Assembly (NCBI GenBank): GCA_002633005.1
Contig: NMRA01000324.1
Span: 130,052 to 194,051 of the forward strand
Reading direction: 5' to 3'
Length of the DNA: 64,000 nt
From: Phoronis australis
Taxonomy: Eukaryota; Animalia; Phoronida
Part shown: one piece after another, positions 12,401 to 27,400 of the stretch
Numbering within the stretch: position 1 is the first letter of the stretch
How the letters are laid out: the number at the start of each line of letters is the position of its first letter
Made by a program: the position numbers and the translations under genes
The notes under the pieces: model-generated
Databases searched by the model: none
What the model was told of the DNA's origin: nothing
The model's input: the letters and a program-made list of their open reading frames with translations, nothing else

Positions 12401-15400
12401 AAGGTTGCTAGAGTTTGTTTCGAATATTAGATATCTGATGTTTTTGATGTCGGTATAGTGTCTGGATAGTAAACTTTCCGGGACTCAATGAATACCTGTG
12501 CAATCCTAGGGCAATATTTGAATATGCAAATCAAGGCCACATTTATACAAAATTCTATTTTTGCTTATAAATTCCTTACCAAGCACCCACTGTATCATGA
12601 TCACCTATCCCTAAGCTACAGAATTAGCAAATCAAAAATAAATTATCCAGCAAATCCAACATTCTTTGGCTTGTGGAATATTATATCTGTGTCTATTCAA
12701 CTGTCAATTGATTATGAAGAACAACCGACACAACTGTTGTCCACGTGTAAAGAACATAATTTGTTAAGGTGTATTGAAGGGGAAATTATAATTGCACAGT
12801 TCAAAGAGCAAAATGAACAGTGTCAGCAGGTGATGGTCAAAATGAACAGTGTCAGCAGGTGATGGTCAAAATGAACAGTGTCAGCAGGTGATGGTCAAAA
12901 TGAACAGTGTCAGCAGGCGATGGTCAAAATGAACAGTGTCAGCAGATGATGGTCAAAATGAACAGTGTCAACAGGTGATGGTCAAAATGAACAGTGTCAG
13001 CAGGTGATGGCCAAAAACGAGGCTTTATTCATGCTTGTTGCCGAGCAGTCATCACTATACAAACAGTCACCACTGTACAAACAGTCACCACTGCAGAAAC
13101 AGTCACCACTGCACAAACAGTCACCACTGTACAAACAGTCACCACTGCACAAACAGTCAACACTGCACAAACAGTCACCACTGTACAAACAGTCACCAAT
13201 TCATTAGTCATTCGTTGCAGTATTTCACACCCGCCGTGTCTCACTGTGTGTGTCGTCAGCTTATACTCTGTGGTGGCATTACTGCGTCATTTTACCTTCA
13301 CTTGAGAATGAAACAAGTATGTTTCGAAATATCGTGTGTCTTTTAATTATGTCGCCAGGTCAGTTACTGTATCTATGTTCAGTAGAGAGTAGAGTTTTGT
13401 TCAGAAAGTATGAATGCAACGGAATAAAGACCGTGAACAACGAAAAGTGTCGTGCATTCAACAAATTCTGTATAACAGAAAACTTGCTCCCGAAGTACAG
13501 TCAAACAGTCACCACTGTACAAACAGTCACCACTGCACAAACAGTCACCACTGCACAAACAGTCAACACTGCACAAACAGTCACCACTGCACAAACAGTC
13601 ACCACTGCACAAACAGTCACCACTGCACAAACAGTCATCACTGCACAAACAGTCACCACTGCACAAACAGTCATCACTGCACAAACAGTCATCACTGCAC
13701 AAACAGTCATCACTGCACAAACAGTCATCACTATACAAACAGTAATTACAGGCAGTCTATTACATGTTGTAACACATGTGCAAAGGTATCTCAGGTGGAC
13801 CATTTCACTGATCACCTGGAAACATTTTTGTGCTTTATTAATTTGATAAAACCAAGCTGAAGAGGTAGAAACCAGACTCAAGGCCTTGTGGCACTTGAAG
13901 CCACTGCCTTGAGGAAGCTGATACTTATGGTACTAGGTCACCCTGACTGTCACTTGTTTTAGACGCACATTTATTGGAATATATTTGCAACAAGGCAAAA
14001 ACTCATATAGAATGGATGTTATGTTTATAGGCTCCCACTTTCCAAATGTATGCTCATTCTTACTTCTGGATATCATATGTAAAGACTGATGTGCCATTTG
14101 CTAAAAACATGCCTAGAAATTCCAGGCAGCAGTAAAATAACATACAAAACACACACTAATTGGCACTCACACCTGAAATGCTGAGATCAGCAACCAACAT
14201 GTTCATAACATTGGACAATCATCGGGTGAGATCACCAACCAACATGTTCATAACACTGGACAATCATCGGGTGAGATCACCAACCAACAAGTTCATAACA
14301 TTGGACAATCATCGGGTGAGATCACCAACCAACATGTTCATAACATTGGACAATCACCGGGTGAGATCACCAACCAACATGTTCATAACATTGGACAATC
14401 ACCGGGTGAGATCACCAACCAACATGTTCATAACATTGGACAATCATCATGTTATCTAACTAATAATTACTTACTAGAAGAGCCACTAGGGCTGCTGGAT
14501 ACTGTACCCATGGACGACGGTGTCTGCATTTGTGTTACCATGGTGACTAACGTTGTGGTGGGAATGGCCTGCAACTGCTGTGAAGTGCCACCTTCAGGCT
14601 GGAGTTGAGGTAAGGAACTAACAAAGATGCCCTGGGGTGCACCAATGGGTGATGTGCTGTTGGTGATCATACTGAGTGACACGGGTACAGCAATACTTCC
14701 ACCAGTCATTACCTGCAGGTGTAGACACCAGACACTCTATTACTGTTCATTTACAAAAAAGTGTTTTTAACAAGCATGCAGATAAATATTAATTTTGCTG
14801 CGATCTAAATAATCCAGCTACATACGGGTTCTGGAATTCACAATAAAACCATTACTACCCCTTTGAGCCGAGAAAATAAATGCAGCAACTTAATCACAGT
14901 TAAGCCTCTGTCTAAGGCAAGTGGGTGTCTACATTCCACTCTGACATCATCAGGTGTTGCTTGCGCCCACTGATAGGAACATATAAAACAATCGCCACTA
15001 CCCTGATAGTCAACACTATCCTGATTGTCAATACTACTGCGATGACCGCCACTACCCTGATGGCAGCTACTGTCCACTAACACCGGTGATTGGACTTGGT
15101 GGTCACTACCCTGATAGTCAACACTATCCTGATGGTGGTCATTACCCTGATGGGGCCACTACCTGACGGTGGCCCTATCAAACTGGAGGATGCGTTCACA
15201 CGGACTCATCAAATACCTGCAAATTCTGGAAGCCTGGCAACTGCTGCAAGACCTGTATACTGGCCAGGTTCACATTGGTTGGCACGTTCACATGATGTGC
15301 TTGTAATGTTTGCTGTGGCAGCTGCAACTGTGTTTGAGGACTAGCTCCCTCTGATGAAAAGTTTCCTAAGTAACATGTTACAGAAACACGATTTAGCCAT

Positions 15401-18400
15401 GATACAAAAGATTTCAAGTTATCAACACTCTGTATAACATGCAGGAGTGTAGTTAAGGGGGACACAGGTGGGACACCATTCCCTGTTAAGGGGGACACAG
15501 GTGGGACAACATTACACAGGTGGGACACCATTCCCTAACATTTTTAGTGGCAACAGTCCAGTCAGTAAAATTTCATTTTCTACAAAAATTGTCCACAAAG
15601 TACCTTTATTCATACTCGAGGCCATCGGCCGACAGTTCTTACACATCAAACACAACTGTTACAAGACGTAGTAGTTTCAACCGTCAAGTAGTTTTTGTCT
15701 TAAAACAGAAGCATGACACACAAATTTGATTAGATTTTTAAGCATATTGGGATCAGAAATTTTCATTAATCTTAGATATCCAAAATTAGTTGGATTGGTC
15801 CAATATATTCTAGGTAACATTCTAACTCTCAGATCATCACAAAATGTGCAAAAACAAATAAAGTGATATGTATCGTCAATAAAATTATAACCAAGGTTCT
15901 GTTTACATGAAGGACATGTTCGCAGATCTTTATCGATTGGTAAGTGTCGACCTACCTCCACCATCAGTCTATGGTTTGAACAACGGAATCTTGAAAATTG
16001 TGTTCTTAATTATCTTTCTAGCTGAGGAAATCCTCTGCTGTATTACACTAGTGCATGTTCACTCCTTCATGTCTATTGTGTTGTGCATGTTCACTCCTTC
16101 ATGTCTATTGTGTTGTGCATGTTCACTCCTTCATGTCTATTGTGTTGTGCATGTTCACTCCTTCATGTCTATTGTGTTGTGCATGTTCACTCCTTCATGT
16201 CTATTGTGTTGTGCATGTTCACTCCTTCATGTCTATTGTGTTGTGCATGTTCACTCCTTCATGTCTATTGTGTTGTGCATGTTCACTCCTTCATGTCTAT
16301 TGTGTTGTGCATGTTCACTCCTTCATGTCTATTGTGTTGTGCATGTTCACTCCTTCATGTCTATTGTGTTGTGCATGTTCACTCCTTCATGTCTATTGTG
16401 TTGTGCATGTTCACTCCTTCATGTCTATTGTGTTGTGCATGTTCACTCCTTCATGTCTATTGTGTTGTGCATGTTCACTCCTTCATGTCTATTGTGTTGT
16501 GCATGTTCACTCCTTCATGTCTATTGTGTTGTGCATGTTCACTCCTTCATGTCTATTGTGTTGTGCATGTTCACTCCTTCATGTCTATTGTGTTGTGCAT
16601 GTTCACTCCTTCATGTCTATTGTGTTGTGCATGTTCACTCCTTCATGTCTATTGTGTTGTGCATGTTCACTCTTTCATGTCTATTGTGTTGTGCATGTTC
16701 ACTCTTTCATGTCTATTGTGTTGTGCATGTTCACTCCTTCATGTCTATTGTGTTGTGCATGTTCACTCTTTCACATCTATTGTGTTGTGCAACAAAGCAA
16801 CTATTTTCCTGGGACAACACCACATCAACTACGAACATCAAATTTATATTAAATGAATAATTCAGTCTTCACTGACCATACCTGCTGTATTCACTGATTG
16901 TACTGGAGCTCCACCTGGTGTAGTCTGGACTTGGGTAGTGGTTCCACCTACAGATGCATGACCTTGAATTTGACCTGAGACAACAGAATAGCAAAGAAAA
17001 GAAACTGAAATTTAAGCCACTATAAGCCAAGCTCTGGTGACAAAGCAACTTCCTTCACGGATGTCTTTACTCAAAGAAGCATTGCTGAATTCTTATCAAT
17101 TGTTGATAACAATTATACAATTTTTAAGAAGATGGGGATCTGCCATTGGCAGCCTATGTCTTGGCTGGCCACTCAATCAATCAGTTGTTTCATATGGTTT
17201 AAAAACAAACCACTTTCTCTCTCACTTGTCATTTCTTTACTGTTGCACCATACCCGGCATACACTGCCTATAATGGTTGCACCATACCAGGCATACACTG
17301 CCTATAATGGTTGCACCATACCAGGCATACACTGCCTATAATGGTTGCACTTGAGACTGACTTTGCCGCCTCCACTGGATGAATGGAATAAGACATCTGA
17401 TTTGCTCTCCATTATGACTTCTGATTTACAGACCAATCAGATGTTTTAGCCGGTTGACAGGGCAGAACCAGCGAAGTCCATCAAATGCATCCATTTTCAC
17501 CATTCAAGAAACAAAGGTGTCTGTTTTAGCTTTGAATGTTACATGATATTACCTCGTCATTTTACTGGCCACAAACAATTACTCTACCTTGTAAGTAAGG
17601 AGTCAATGGCCCCCCTGGTAGTAACACGCTGGGTAACTGTCCAGAGCCACTGTCGTTGAGGGAGTTCCTACGAGATGACGAGGGGGTGGGAGTCTGAGGC
17701 TGAGGTGGTGGAGTGGGAGTCGAGGACTGTGACCCACCCTGGGGAAGCATAGCCTGGTTGAACAGTGGCAGTTGGGCTGTAACAGGCACAGATCACATGA
17801 AACAAGAGAATGGTAAGGAGTATGTCCGATGATGGAATAAATAAAACCTAATCCTCACTGGCACTACTTTGGCAAGTCAAAAATGGCCAAAGTACGATAA
17901 AGTAAGAAAAAAGACAATCCATTAAGTATGACCTCCATTACGACCACTGCAAACATAGAAAAAAGAAGCGTTACTCGCCTTACCTCACAACCCTTGCCTT
18001 ATTTCATGACCATCTCAAATATGAATCAAAACATTCAACAATCCACACTGAGTGAAACGAGATGGGCCCATGTAATAATAATGTTAGCTAAACAATCCTC
18101 AATATAATTTTAATACAAAACAACACTATTGTCCAGTTATCTCCTCAACATACGTTGGGCTCCAGTGGGGGTCGATGCCGGGCTGGGTGAGTTCGCAGGT
18201 TGAATCGCAGAATGCACCACTCTTGCTTTCTGCTGCTGAGCTTGTTTCAATGCCAGCACTTGTGTGTGTGTTAACTGTTGTTGCTGCTGAGTTTGCTGAG
18301 CCCCATTAGACAGATGTGATTGAATACTGGAACCCAAGCTGCCTGTTGTGTTCAATGTCAACGAGAGTTTCATCTGCTGATGCTGGCTCTGAGATGAGTC

Positions 18401-21400
18401 ACTCTGAAATGATATAATGGTTGGTGTGGACAATTGAGTCACAAACAAAATGAGTCCTTTAATAACATGAAGATATAAAGTACAGTGGGTTTTTGACAAC
18501 ATAATTTGTACATTAACCACAAACCAATGTGAATGACTTGTACATTAACCACAAACCAATGTGAATGAAACTCCATTAATCACAAACCAATGTGAATGAA
18601 ACTCCATTAACCACGAACCAATGTGAATGAAACTCCATTAACCACAAACCAATGTGAATGAAACTCCATTAGCCACAAACCAATGTGAATGACACTCCAT
18701 TAACCACAAACCAATGTGAATGACACTCCATTAACCACAAACCAATGTGAATGACACCCCATTAACCACAAACCAATGTGAACGACACCCCATTAACCAC
18801 AAACCAATGTGAATGACACTCCATTAACCACAAACCAATGTGAATGACTTGTACATTAACCACACTCGAATGTGAATGAAACTCCAATGATAAGAAATGC
18901 AAATGCCGATGAGTTTAATAAATGTTTGCAAGTTTGGTTGCTCTTGCAGTCATAGAACATCTAACCACCAGAGTGTCAATAGAACATCTAACCACCAGAG
19001 TGTCAATAGACGACCAACTTTGCAAAAACCTTTTTTCATCCCCTTTACACATAAGACTCACTTGTCCAGCTATACTGTTAGCCAACCCAACAGCCTGTGA
19101 AATGAGTGTGTGACCTGTAGTGACTGGTTGGCTAGGCTCCCTAGTCCTGCATGACTTGTCAATGGACCCTTGAGTGTAAGTGACCTGTGGGGTCTGCCCT
19201 GGGACTTTGTGAGTGATCTTAACCTGACGACGACCTTCTTCCGTTAGGATCTCTCTGAACTGCTTGATGTACCTACAAGCATAGTCACCAAAGACTCATT
19301 TGGCTTACAGTAAAATCAAGTTCATTTTCCATAACGTGACTGCCCATTATGTACGTAATTCAAAGCATTTTATCTGCAAAGCGACAAAAGAATTTTACGA
19401 ATCTGAGTCAATATTCAGTTCAAAGAGCCTGGGCTCTGGATTACTGAATATGTTCTGTGACTTACTTGTCAACATTCGCCTGCGTGCCCAGGGGGAACTT
19501 GCAGTAGCTGCCCTTCCTAGGTGCCTCATTATAGTCCATGTCAACATAAAGCTCCCCCAGGAAACTACCGTCACTAGGCCGCTGTTGGATGGTTAATCGG
19601 GTGTGGTAGATTTTACCTTGAGACTTTTCTGCCTCTAATGTATATTCCTCCTTGGTTACCTGAAGAAAGGTAGATACAGAGTGATGTGGACTGAATATAT
19701 GTCAGATTCTGACTCCTATGACTGTAGACATTATCTGAGACAATTGGTAACCAGAGAAGAATGGTGTAGTGGAAGATTGTTTCACCAATCAGGCACTACG
19801 ATTTTTGAAAGACAAACAGCATTGACTCATATCATGAAATGGCCACGGTCAAAAGTGCACTGGTAGCTGTCCACGCCAGAGACAGTTGGTTACTCTTAAT
19901 CATAGTTAGTGTCCCACCAGGTCACACTGCTAAACCCTTGAGCCAGGTTTCTAGCTCCTCAGCTCTGTTTTAACCATATATTAATAAAGCATAAAAATAT
20001 TTCCAGGTGATCAGTGCAATGGGCCCACATGCGAGGCCTGCGCACCTCTGGTACAACGTGTATCAGACCGCCTGCAATTATTTTTATTATAATAATAGTT
20101 ACTGGAGCGTTATTGTGGTTACCCCCATATCGCAAGCGGAGTTAACGGTGTGTTGCCATAGTTACCCCCACATCTTGAGCATAGTTACCGGTGTGTTGTC
20201 ATGGGTTAACTTTATCTTGTCAAGCTCTTTACAGTGTTTGTCCACATCAATAGCAGAGATAGGGAGTTCCAGATGGGGACTGCGCTGACGCCACATGTCT
20301 ACTGACTTGAAATGAAAGAAAACATTGCTATGAAATACAACACCATCACAACAATAAATGAACAACTAAATGAACAACTAAATGAACAACTAAATGAACA
20401 TTGCGTAATGATTTGTCTTAAGTAAGAGACAACTACTTATGGCACATATTTTAATTTCATATTTTTAATGTTGAATTTAATGCTTAGCAAATGAATAATT
20501 ATTATGATTTTAACCCCAATATTTATAAAAATTAGAGCTAAACTTACCAAATAAGATACTTTATGAAATGAAAATTAGAAGTAACAGGTATTAATATAAC
20601 GGAGAGTGCCCACCTACAAAAAACATGGTCTGCTGGAAACGAGGATTGAAAGACTGCTCACGCATTTTTGGCATGGGTAAATGTGAAAAATGTGGCAAAA
20701 TACAATTATTCTCTCAATTTTGGTCATTAAAAAGACCGTTAAAACATTTCAAGTATATCGGTGACTTGTCAGTGAAGGCGTGGCTGGACCACGCTTAAAG
20801 TTAAAGAAATAAATTAAACTACTTCTAAAAGTGAAACACGGCAAATATTTCAAAATAATCAAAGCTAAAATCAACTTAAAGATTCATGCAGAAATAAATC
20901 CCCACCTCTCACTGAGTAAAAGTTTCTAATGTCAAACACAGCCACTTGCTCCACTTGATAGCCCACCCACTGTGGTAAGCAAAACAAGCTTCTGAAAGAG
21001 TCCCCCCCCCTTGGCACTTTTGTAAATGCAAAACCACTTTGGGAAAATAGAAATCCCAGTATGTTAACAAACAAATTTGTGAACCAACTCTCAGTATGAG
21101 ACAAGTCGGTAACTCTCAATAAGGAGAAAGGGAAGGAAATAACGTTGTGAATCAACTCTCAGGACGAGACAAGTCGGTAACTCTCAATAAGGAGAAAGGG
21201 AAGGAAATAACAACGACAGAAACAAACTCAATCATAAGCAGATTTGACCATGAGGTCCTTAATGGGAATGCTGAAATACTATTGTGCCAAAAGGGGATTT
21301 TAAGTTATCAATTTTGAGGAACATTGAAACACCACAACACCCCCTGAAGTACCACATGCTAACTAATTTATAAACACTGGTCAAAGGTCAAACATCACAT

Positions 21401-24400
21401 GGACATTCCAGACACGCGAGATGAGTGTAACTTTAAAAACCTCATCAAGTCTTTCCAAATGAGAAGTTGCCCATAAAACAGGTCTGTTTCACTAAATTAT
21501 GGATAAGTTTAACATTTGGACTACACAGTTAGACTCGACAAAAAGCCAGGTATGCGGAGGTCAAAGTTAAATGACAGTTGAGAGAAGCGTTCATCTGTCA
21601 AAAAACACGGGCATCAAGTCTTCACTGCGAATAGCCATGCAGTCAAACTTGTGGTAAATGTTTAGTGAAACAGGCGCAGAATTGTAACACAAAGGAAGAG
21701 CAAACTGTGGGCATGCCTAATGTCAAAGGTGCAGCATGTAATAAACAAGAAAATCGAAGAAACAGCTATCTAGACTGACAGACTGCACAAGGCACGCCAT
21801 CTATTGTGAGCACCAAATGACATATGCAACACTCATAGTACTCCTACCGTCACTAGTGTTGTCTCAGCCTAAAATTAACTCAAGTCGATGTACTCTCATT
21901 AAAAGGATGTTAAACCATTGGTCACTTTGTCTAAAATTAGTTATGCCATCTGCTGTTGCATAACCAGCACTGCTCTTCAGAGGTAAATCTAAACCCTTTT
22001 AATGTGTTACTATGTCCATACTGTGACTTGAGGAGTGTTTCATTTCTCCACAGTCGTCGGTTCATTAGCCTGAGGTGTTAGTCACTTGGTGATTCAGCAC
22101 AGCTTGGAAGGCGTTTCCAACATGCACTAAATTTTTGGGGGCTGCGGAGCGTGACAGAGCATCATTTAGTTTTAAAGATACTATATCTCAGGATCTCAGT
22201 TGTTATCACTTAACACATAAAGACAGGGCTTATTAACAAACATGAGAGATCACGTTAATTAAAGTTGCATAAAAGACCAAATCATAATGATGTAATTAAC
22301 CAGTCAAATAACCCGAGTCACAAACTGGTTTCTAAACTATGTGTTTTCCTTACTTTAATATTGACTTAACATGATTGTCTACTCACAGATTTTCTTATTT
22401 TAAGACAGACTAAACATAAATGTCTACTCACGGGTTTCCCAACTTTTAGATTGACACCAGGTTCCTTGCAAATCCTCTCCTTGTTCTGCTTTATGAAGTC
22501 ATGAAGTCTCAACTCAGGGGGCGCTGCACACTGGGCAAACTTCCTCTTCCTGTTGACAGCAGCCTGTGAATACTTTTGAACAGCTCTGAAATATAGCAGT
22601 AAAGAGCAACTAATCATAACATTTTATGACAATGTTACAAACAACGACAATTAACACTAAACAACAACGTAACCCACTTAGATACAAAATGCAACATTGT
22701 CAAACAACTACAAACGACAGACCATCCCAGGTTACATATAATTACAAAATGGCAGCTAGACAGAAACTGTACTTTTTGCACAGACTGTGTAGTTCGTGGC
22801 TACTTGCTACATTATATACAGTCGTCCAGCTGTTCACTTCCTAGTGACGGAAACATGCAGTTGTTGGATTCGTAATATCATATAATGCTAACAGAGAATA
22901 ATGACCAGACAGAAGATATGAAACAACAAGGCTGATACAACTTAAGAACTACGTCAACCAGAAAATAGACAATCTTGTAACACAACTAACATCTGCATGT
23001 TAATACCAAGGAACTTAATGACATGTCAGTGTACTTACTAGCCAAATATCTACAAAACTACAGATTTTAAATCTAGAAAGCGTGTAGAAATTGACTTTCG
23101 TCTGCCATTAATTGGGCCACATCTTTTTGATAAAATTTAACATCGATATCAAAACCACAGTATCAACAACAATACCAAATTTTAATTTAATGCTCGAGAT
23201 GAAATCTCAAAGATGGTCTTGCAATTTTCTGAATTATCATTTTTTGTTTCATGCAACTTTTTGATTTTTTTCATGAAAATCATAAAAGTCCATTTTTGAT
23301 AGCCCCTCATACAAAAGTTGAACATTTAAAAACAATTTCTAACAAAGTTTTGGAAAACACTGTATACTGCATAGTATCTGAAAGTTTATACGAGTCCAAT
23401 CACCTCAGAGATAAGATGTTCCTGTTCCCACAAATACATGCAAAATCAATTAAAAACACAGATTATTTCAAATTTTAAATCAACAAACCTGTAACTTTTA
23501 CCTTTTCAATGGCCGTGTATTAAATTTATTCTTTTCGTAGTTCAGCTTGTTTGATATCAGGCCAACAACAGGAGAGGGGTCAAGACAGAGGGGATCTGCC
23601 GTAGCCAGTAACAATTGACTCTCCAGGGCAAATTTATCATCCTGCGTCCATCTAGAACTACCACTGGTTAACTTGTTGACGTCTGCCAGCATGGACTGTG
23701 ACAAAGAGAGATAAGAGTGGTGACACACTTAGTTGCTCATCATTACACTACTGCTTTGTGGTGGATACAAATGAGCATGTAAAGTTCATTTCACACACTT
23801 AGTTGCTCATCATTACACTACTGCACTGTAATTCTTGACCAACTCCTTTCTCAAACATCGAGAATAGTTGTTAAACCCTCTGTGAACGAGATGAGTTAAG
23901 TAAATTTTACTTTCTTATAACCCGTTACAGTTCTTTCTCTTGAGATGATCTTGATTAATTCTGTTCTCAACAGAATGTCTGTTGTCCCTCAATAGTACGA
24001 AAATGACACAGACTACATAAAAAAATTGACCAAACACGGTAGTTCTGACGATCGTTGGCGGTTGGTAGCGCAGTGACTTGGGTGCCACATAGTGGTGTAT
24101 CCACCAATGTAATAACAGTACAATGAATAGGATATCAAAGTGTCATTGACAAAACACACAACATTTGTTTATTAAACGACTTTTATAATGGAAGTCTACA
24201 CAAACATGTTGTTACGGCTTATGCGGAATGATCACTCTAACTCAGTGTGTGGTTAAAATATAACTTTAATGAAACTAATAAATCAGGTTAAACTTGTTTA
24301 AATGAGAGTTCTCTATAAAGTTCTTGAAGCACCATGCTGAACTTAATGTCAATGTCCCGACTCAAGTTAACTGAATTTAAAATTAGGCCCACGCTATACG

Positions 24401-27400
24401 ATTACGAAATGGTTCCACTTTCCACACATGTTTTGTCCTCTGAAACTGAAGTTGTTCACACTGTTCACAGTCTGTCGAACTCGTACGGTGTCGCACAACA
24501 GTTTTAAAGCCTTTTAATTCATAACGGCTGAGTTGACTGTCCTTCTCACACCAGAAATCCACTGGACAATATTCCTGACAAACAAAATTGTGATTTCTTC
24601 TTGCGTCCCCGCGTCTCCTTTTCTTTTCCGTGCGTGCGACTTCCCAAAAGTTTGACTAGCGCCACTTGGTTAATATCGTTTGCAACAGCGCCACCACTCT
24701 CCAACGCAGCGAGTTAATGTTCGCTAAATCCGATTCCTGACATACAGCGCGGCCTCAAAGTGAACACTAATCAAAATAATGGTTGTCGGCTTGACAAACT
24801 CAAAGAATTAATAATGCAAAACTTAACAACTATAACATTATAACACATTGTAGTAGCTAGGGATCACTACTGATGGCTGAGAAAGTCAGCGTCTTGCATG
24901 GTTGTTCTCCCCCCTAACGTGCTCGACTACAAACCTCTATGGCTGTAGCATCATGGCCCAGCGCATAACACGGTCATTTGAAAACTTTGCCTTATCTAAA
25001 TAGCTTAACGCCTGTAGCATCATGGCCCAGCGCATAACACGGTCATTTGAAAACTTTGCCTTATCTAAATAGCTTAACGCCTGTAGCATCATGGCCNCGC
25101 ACAACAGTTTTAAAGCCTTTTAATTCATAACGGCTGAGTTGACTGTCCTTCTCACACCAGAAATCCACTGGACAATATTCCTGACAAACAAAATTGTGAT
25201 TTCTTCTTGCGTCCCCGCGTCTCCTTTTCTTTTCCGTGCGTGCGACTTCCCAAAAGTTTGACTAGCGCCACTTGGTTAATATCGTTTGCAACAGCGCCAC
25301 CACTCTCCAACGCAGCGAGTTAATGTTCGCTAAATCCGATTCCTGACATACAGCGCGGCCTCAAAGTGAACACTAATCAAAATAATGGTTGTCGGCTTGA
25401 CAAACTCAAAGAATTAATAATGCAAAACTTAACAACTATAACATTATAACACATTGTAGTAGCTAGGGATCACTACTGATGGCTGAGAAAGTCAGCGTCT
25501 TGCATGGTTGTTCTCCCCCCTAACGTGCTCGACTACAAACCTCTATGGCTGTAGCATCATGGCCCAGCGCATAACACGGTCATTTGAAAACTTTGCCTTA
25601 TCTAAATAGCTTTACGCCTGTAGCATCATGGCCCAGCGCATAACACGGTCATTTGAAAACTTTGCCTTATCTAAATAGCTGAACGCCTGATTATCTGTCT
25701 ATAGGACAAACTCCTTGCCATACAGATAAACCTGTAACTTATCTATGGCCCAGCAAATGGCCAAACATTCTCTTTCAACAATAGAATACTTTTGTTGTCT
25801 AGGTGCTAACTTTTTCCTAATATAAAGTACAGGAAATAACTGACCATTGTGCTCTTGCTTCAGCACTGCAGCAATTCCTGTGTCTGAGGCATCGGTACTA
25901 AGCACACACTTCTTAGTCAAATCAGGAACTTTCAGTTTTCAGTTTTTATACAATAAAACGCCACCTGGTGGACCTCATCCCAAACTAACTTATTTGGACA
26001 TATTGTATTCTTACTAAGGTCGGTTAATGGCTTTGCAATATCCGCATACTTGGCAATGAATTTCCTAAATGATAGTACCCTGCCATGCCTAGAAATGATC
26101 TCAGTTCCTTCTCAGTCTTAGGCACATTAGCATTTCTCAACTGCTCAGTCTTTTCATCTTGAGTGCGGAGCATACCTTGACCTAACACATGACCTGTAAA
26201 ATCTATACTTGAGAATCCAAAATAGTACTTGGACGGTTAGACCGTTAGGTTAGCTTTCCTGACACGACTAAACAGATCTCTCAATCTATCTAAATGCTCA
26301 GTCCAAGTGGTCGTGTGTACCAACACGTCGTCAACAAAATTGTCAACGTCCTCTGCATCCTTTAAGAGAATGCGCATCATCTTGGCGTATGTGGCACCTG
26401 AATTCACAAAGCCAAACGGCATTTTCCTATATTGGAAATTCCCAAATGGGGGCACTGAAAGCTGTAATCTCCTATGAAGATTCTTCCATAGGAATTTGCC
26501 AGTATCATTAACAAAAATCAAGTTTCGACAAAAATCTGGCATTGGCACACTTTGCATAGATATAGTTTATATATGGAAGACATTCGCAATCAAACCTGGT
26601 TATCTTATTTATCTTCCGCATGTCCTGACAATACCTAACTGAATTATCTTTCTTCTTGACCATTACAAGTGGACTACTATTAGGAGAGTCTGAAGGTTCA
26701 ATCACCCCTAACGCAATCATGTCGTCAAGTTCCTTGCGCATATCACCGTACATCTCATAAAGAACTGGATAGTAATTTGAGCGTATAGGCTCCCCATCTG
26801 TCAGGTCAATTTTATGCTCAATCAAATCGGTGGTACCTGGTTTACATGAGAATATGTCAAGAAATTCTCCAATCAAACCCTTGAGCTCACTCGTTTGTTT
26901 AACTGATACATTTGGGTCAATGACTACGTCGTCATGGGAACTACCATATAACGCTGGAGTATCTAACTCTATCCCACTATCCTCATCTTCAAATATAAGA
27001 GCAGCCACTGACGCTACTGTGACCAAAGTGTCAGGAGCGGTCCTCCTAAAATAACGCTTCAACATGTTTATGTGAAAAATCTTCGTCCTACCATTAATTT
27101 CAATGGCATAGTTGTACTTGCCGGTTTTGGCTTTTACAAGAAACGGCCCTTTCCACTTCATCAACAACTTGTTATTATCTGAGGGTAACAAAATAAGGGC
27201 TTCATCACCAGGACTTAATGATCTTTCGGATGCTTTCTTATCAAAATACAATTTTGCTGCTTTTGACTTTTAAGCAAAGATTCACCTGCTACTGCACAAG
27301 TACTCTGGAGTCTATTCTTAAGATCTAATAGGTAAGTATACGTGTCCCTAGTTTGATCATCAACTGACTCGTTGGTCCACAACTCATGTAAGATGGTCAT

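Noticed and set aside
12965-13881. TNSHHC, QTVTTA and CSGDCL repeat ORFs resembling antifreeze or metal-binding proteins
   Set aside because: An 18-bp satellite open in many frames on both strands, with no gene context.
15907-16860. Long Cys/His-rich ORFs in three frames
   Set aside because: Read-through of a stop-free 32-bp intronic minisatellite.
10128-18886. Regularly spaced repeats as CRISPR arrays
   Set aside because: No unique spacers, no cas genes, eukaryotic intronic context.
24492-25690. ~600-bp near-perfect direct duplication resembling two LTRs
   Set aside because: The copies meet at a single n (25097); most likely an unmerged contig overlap.
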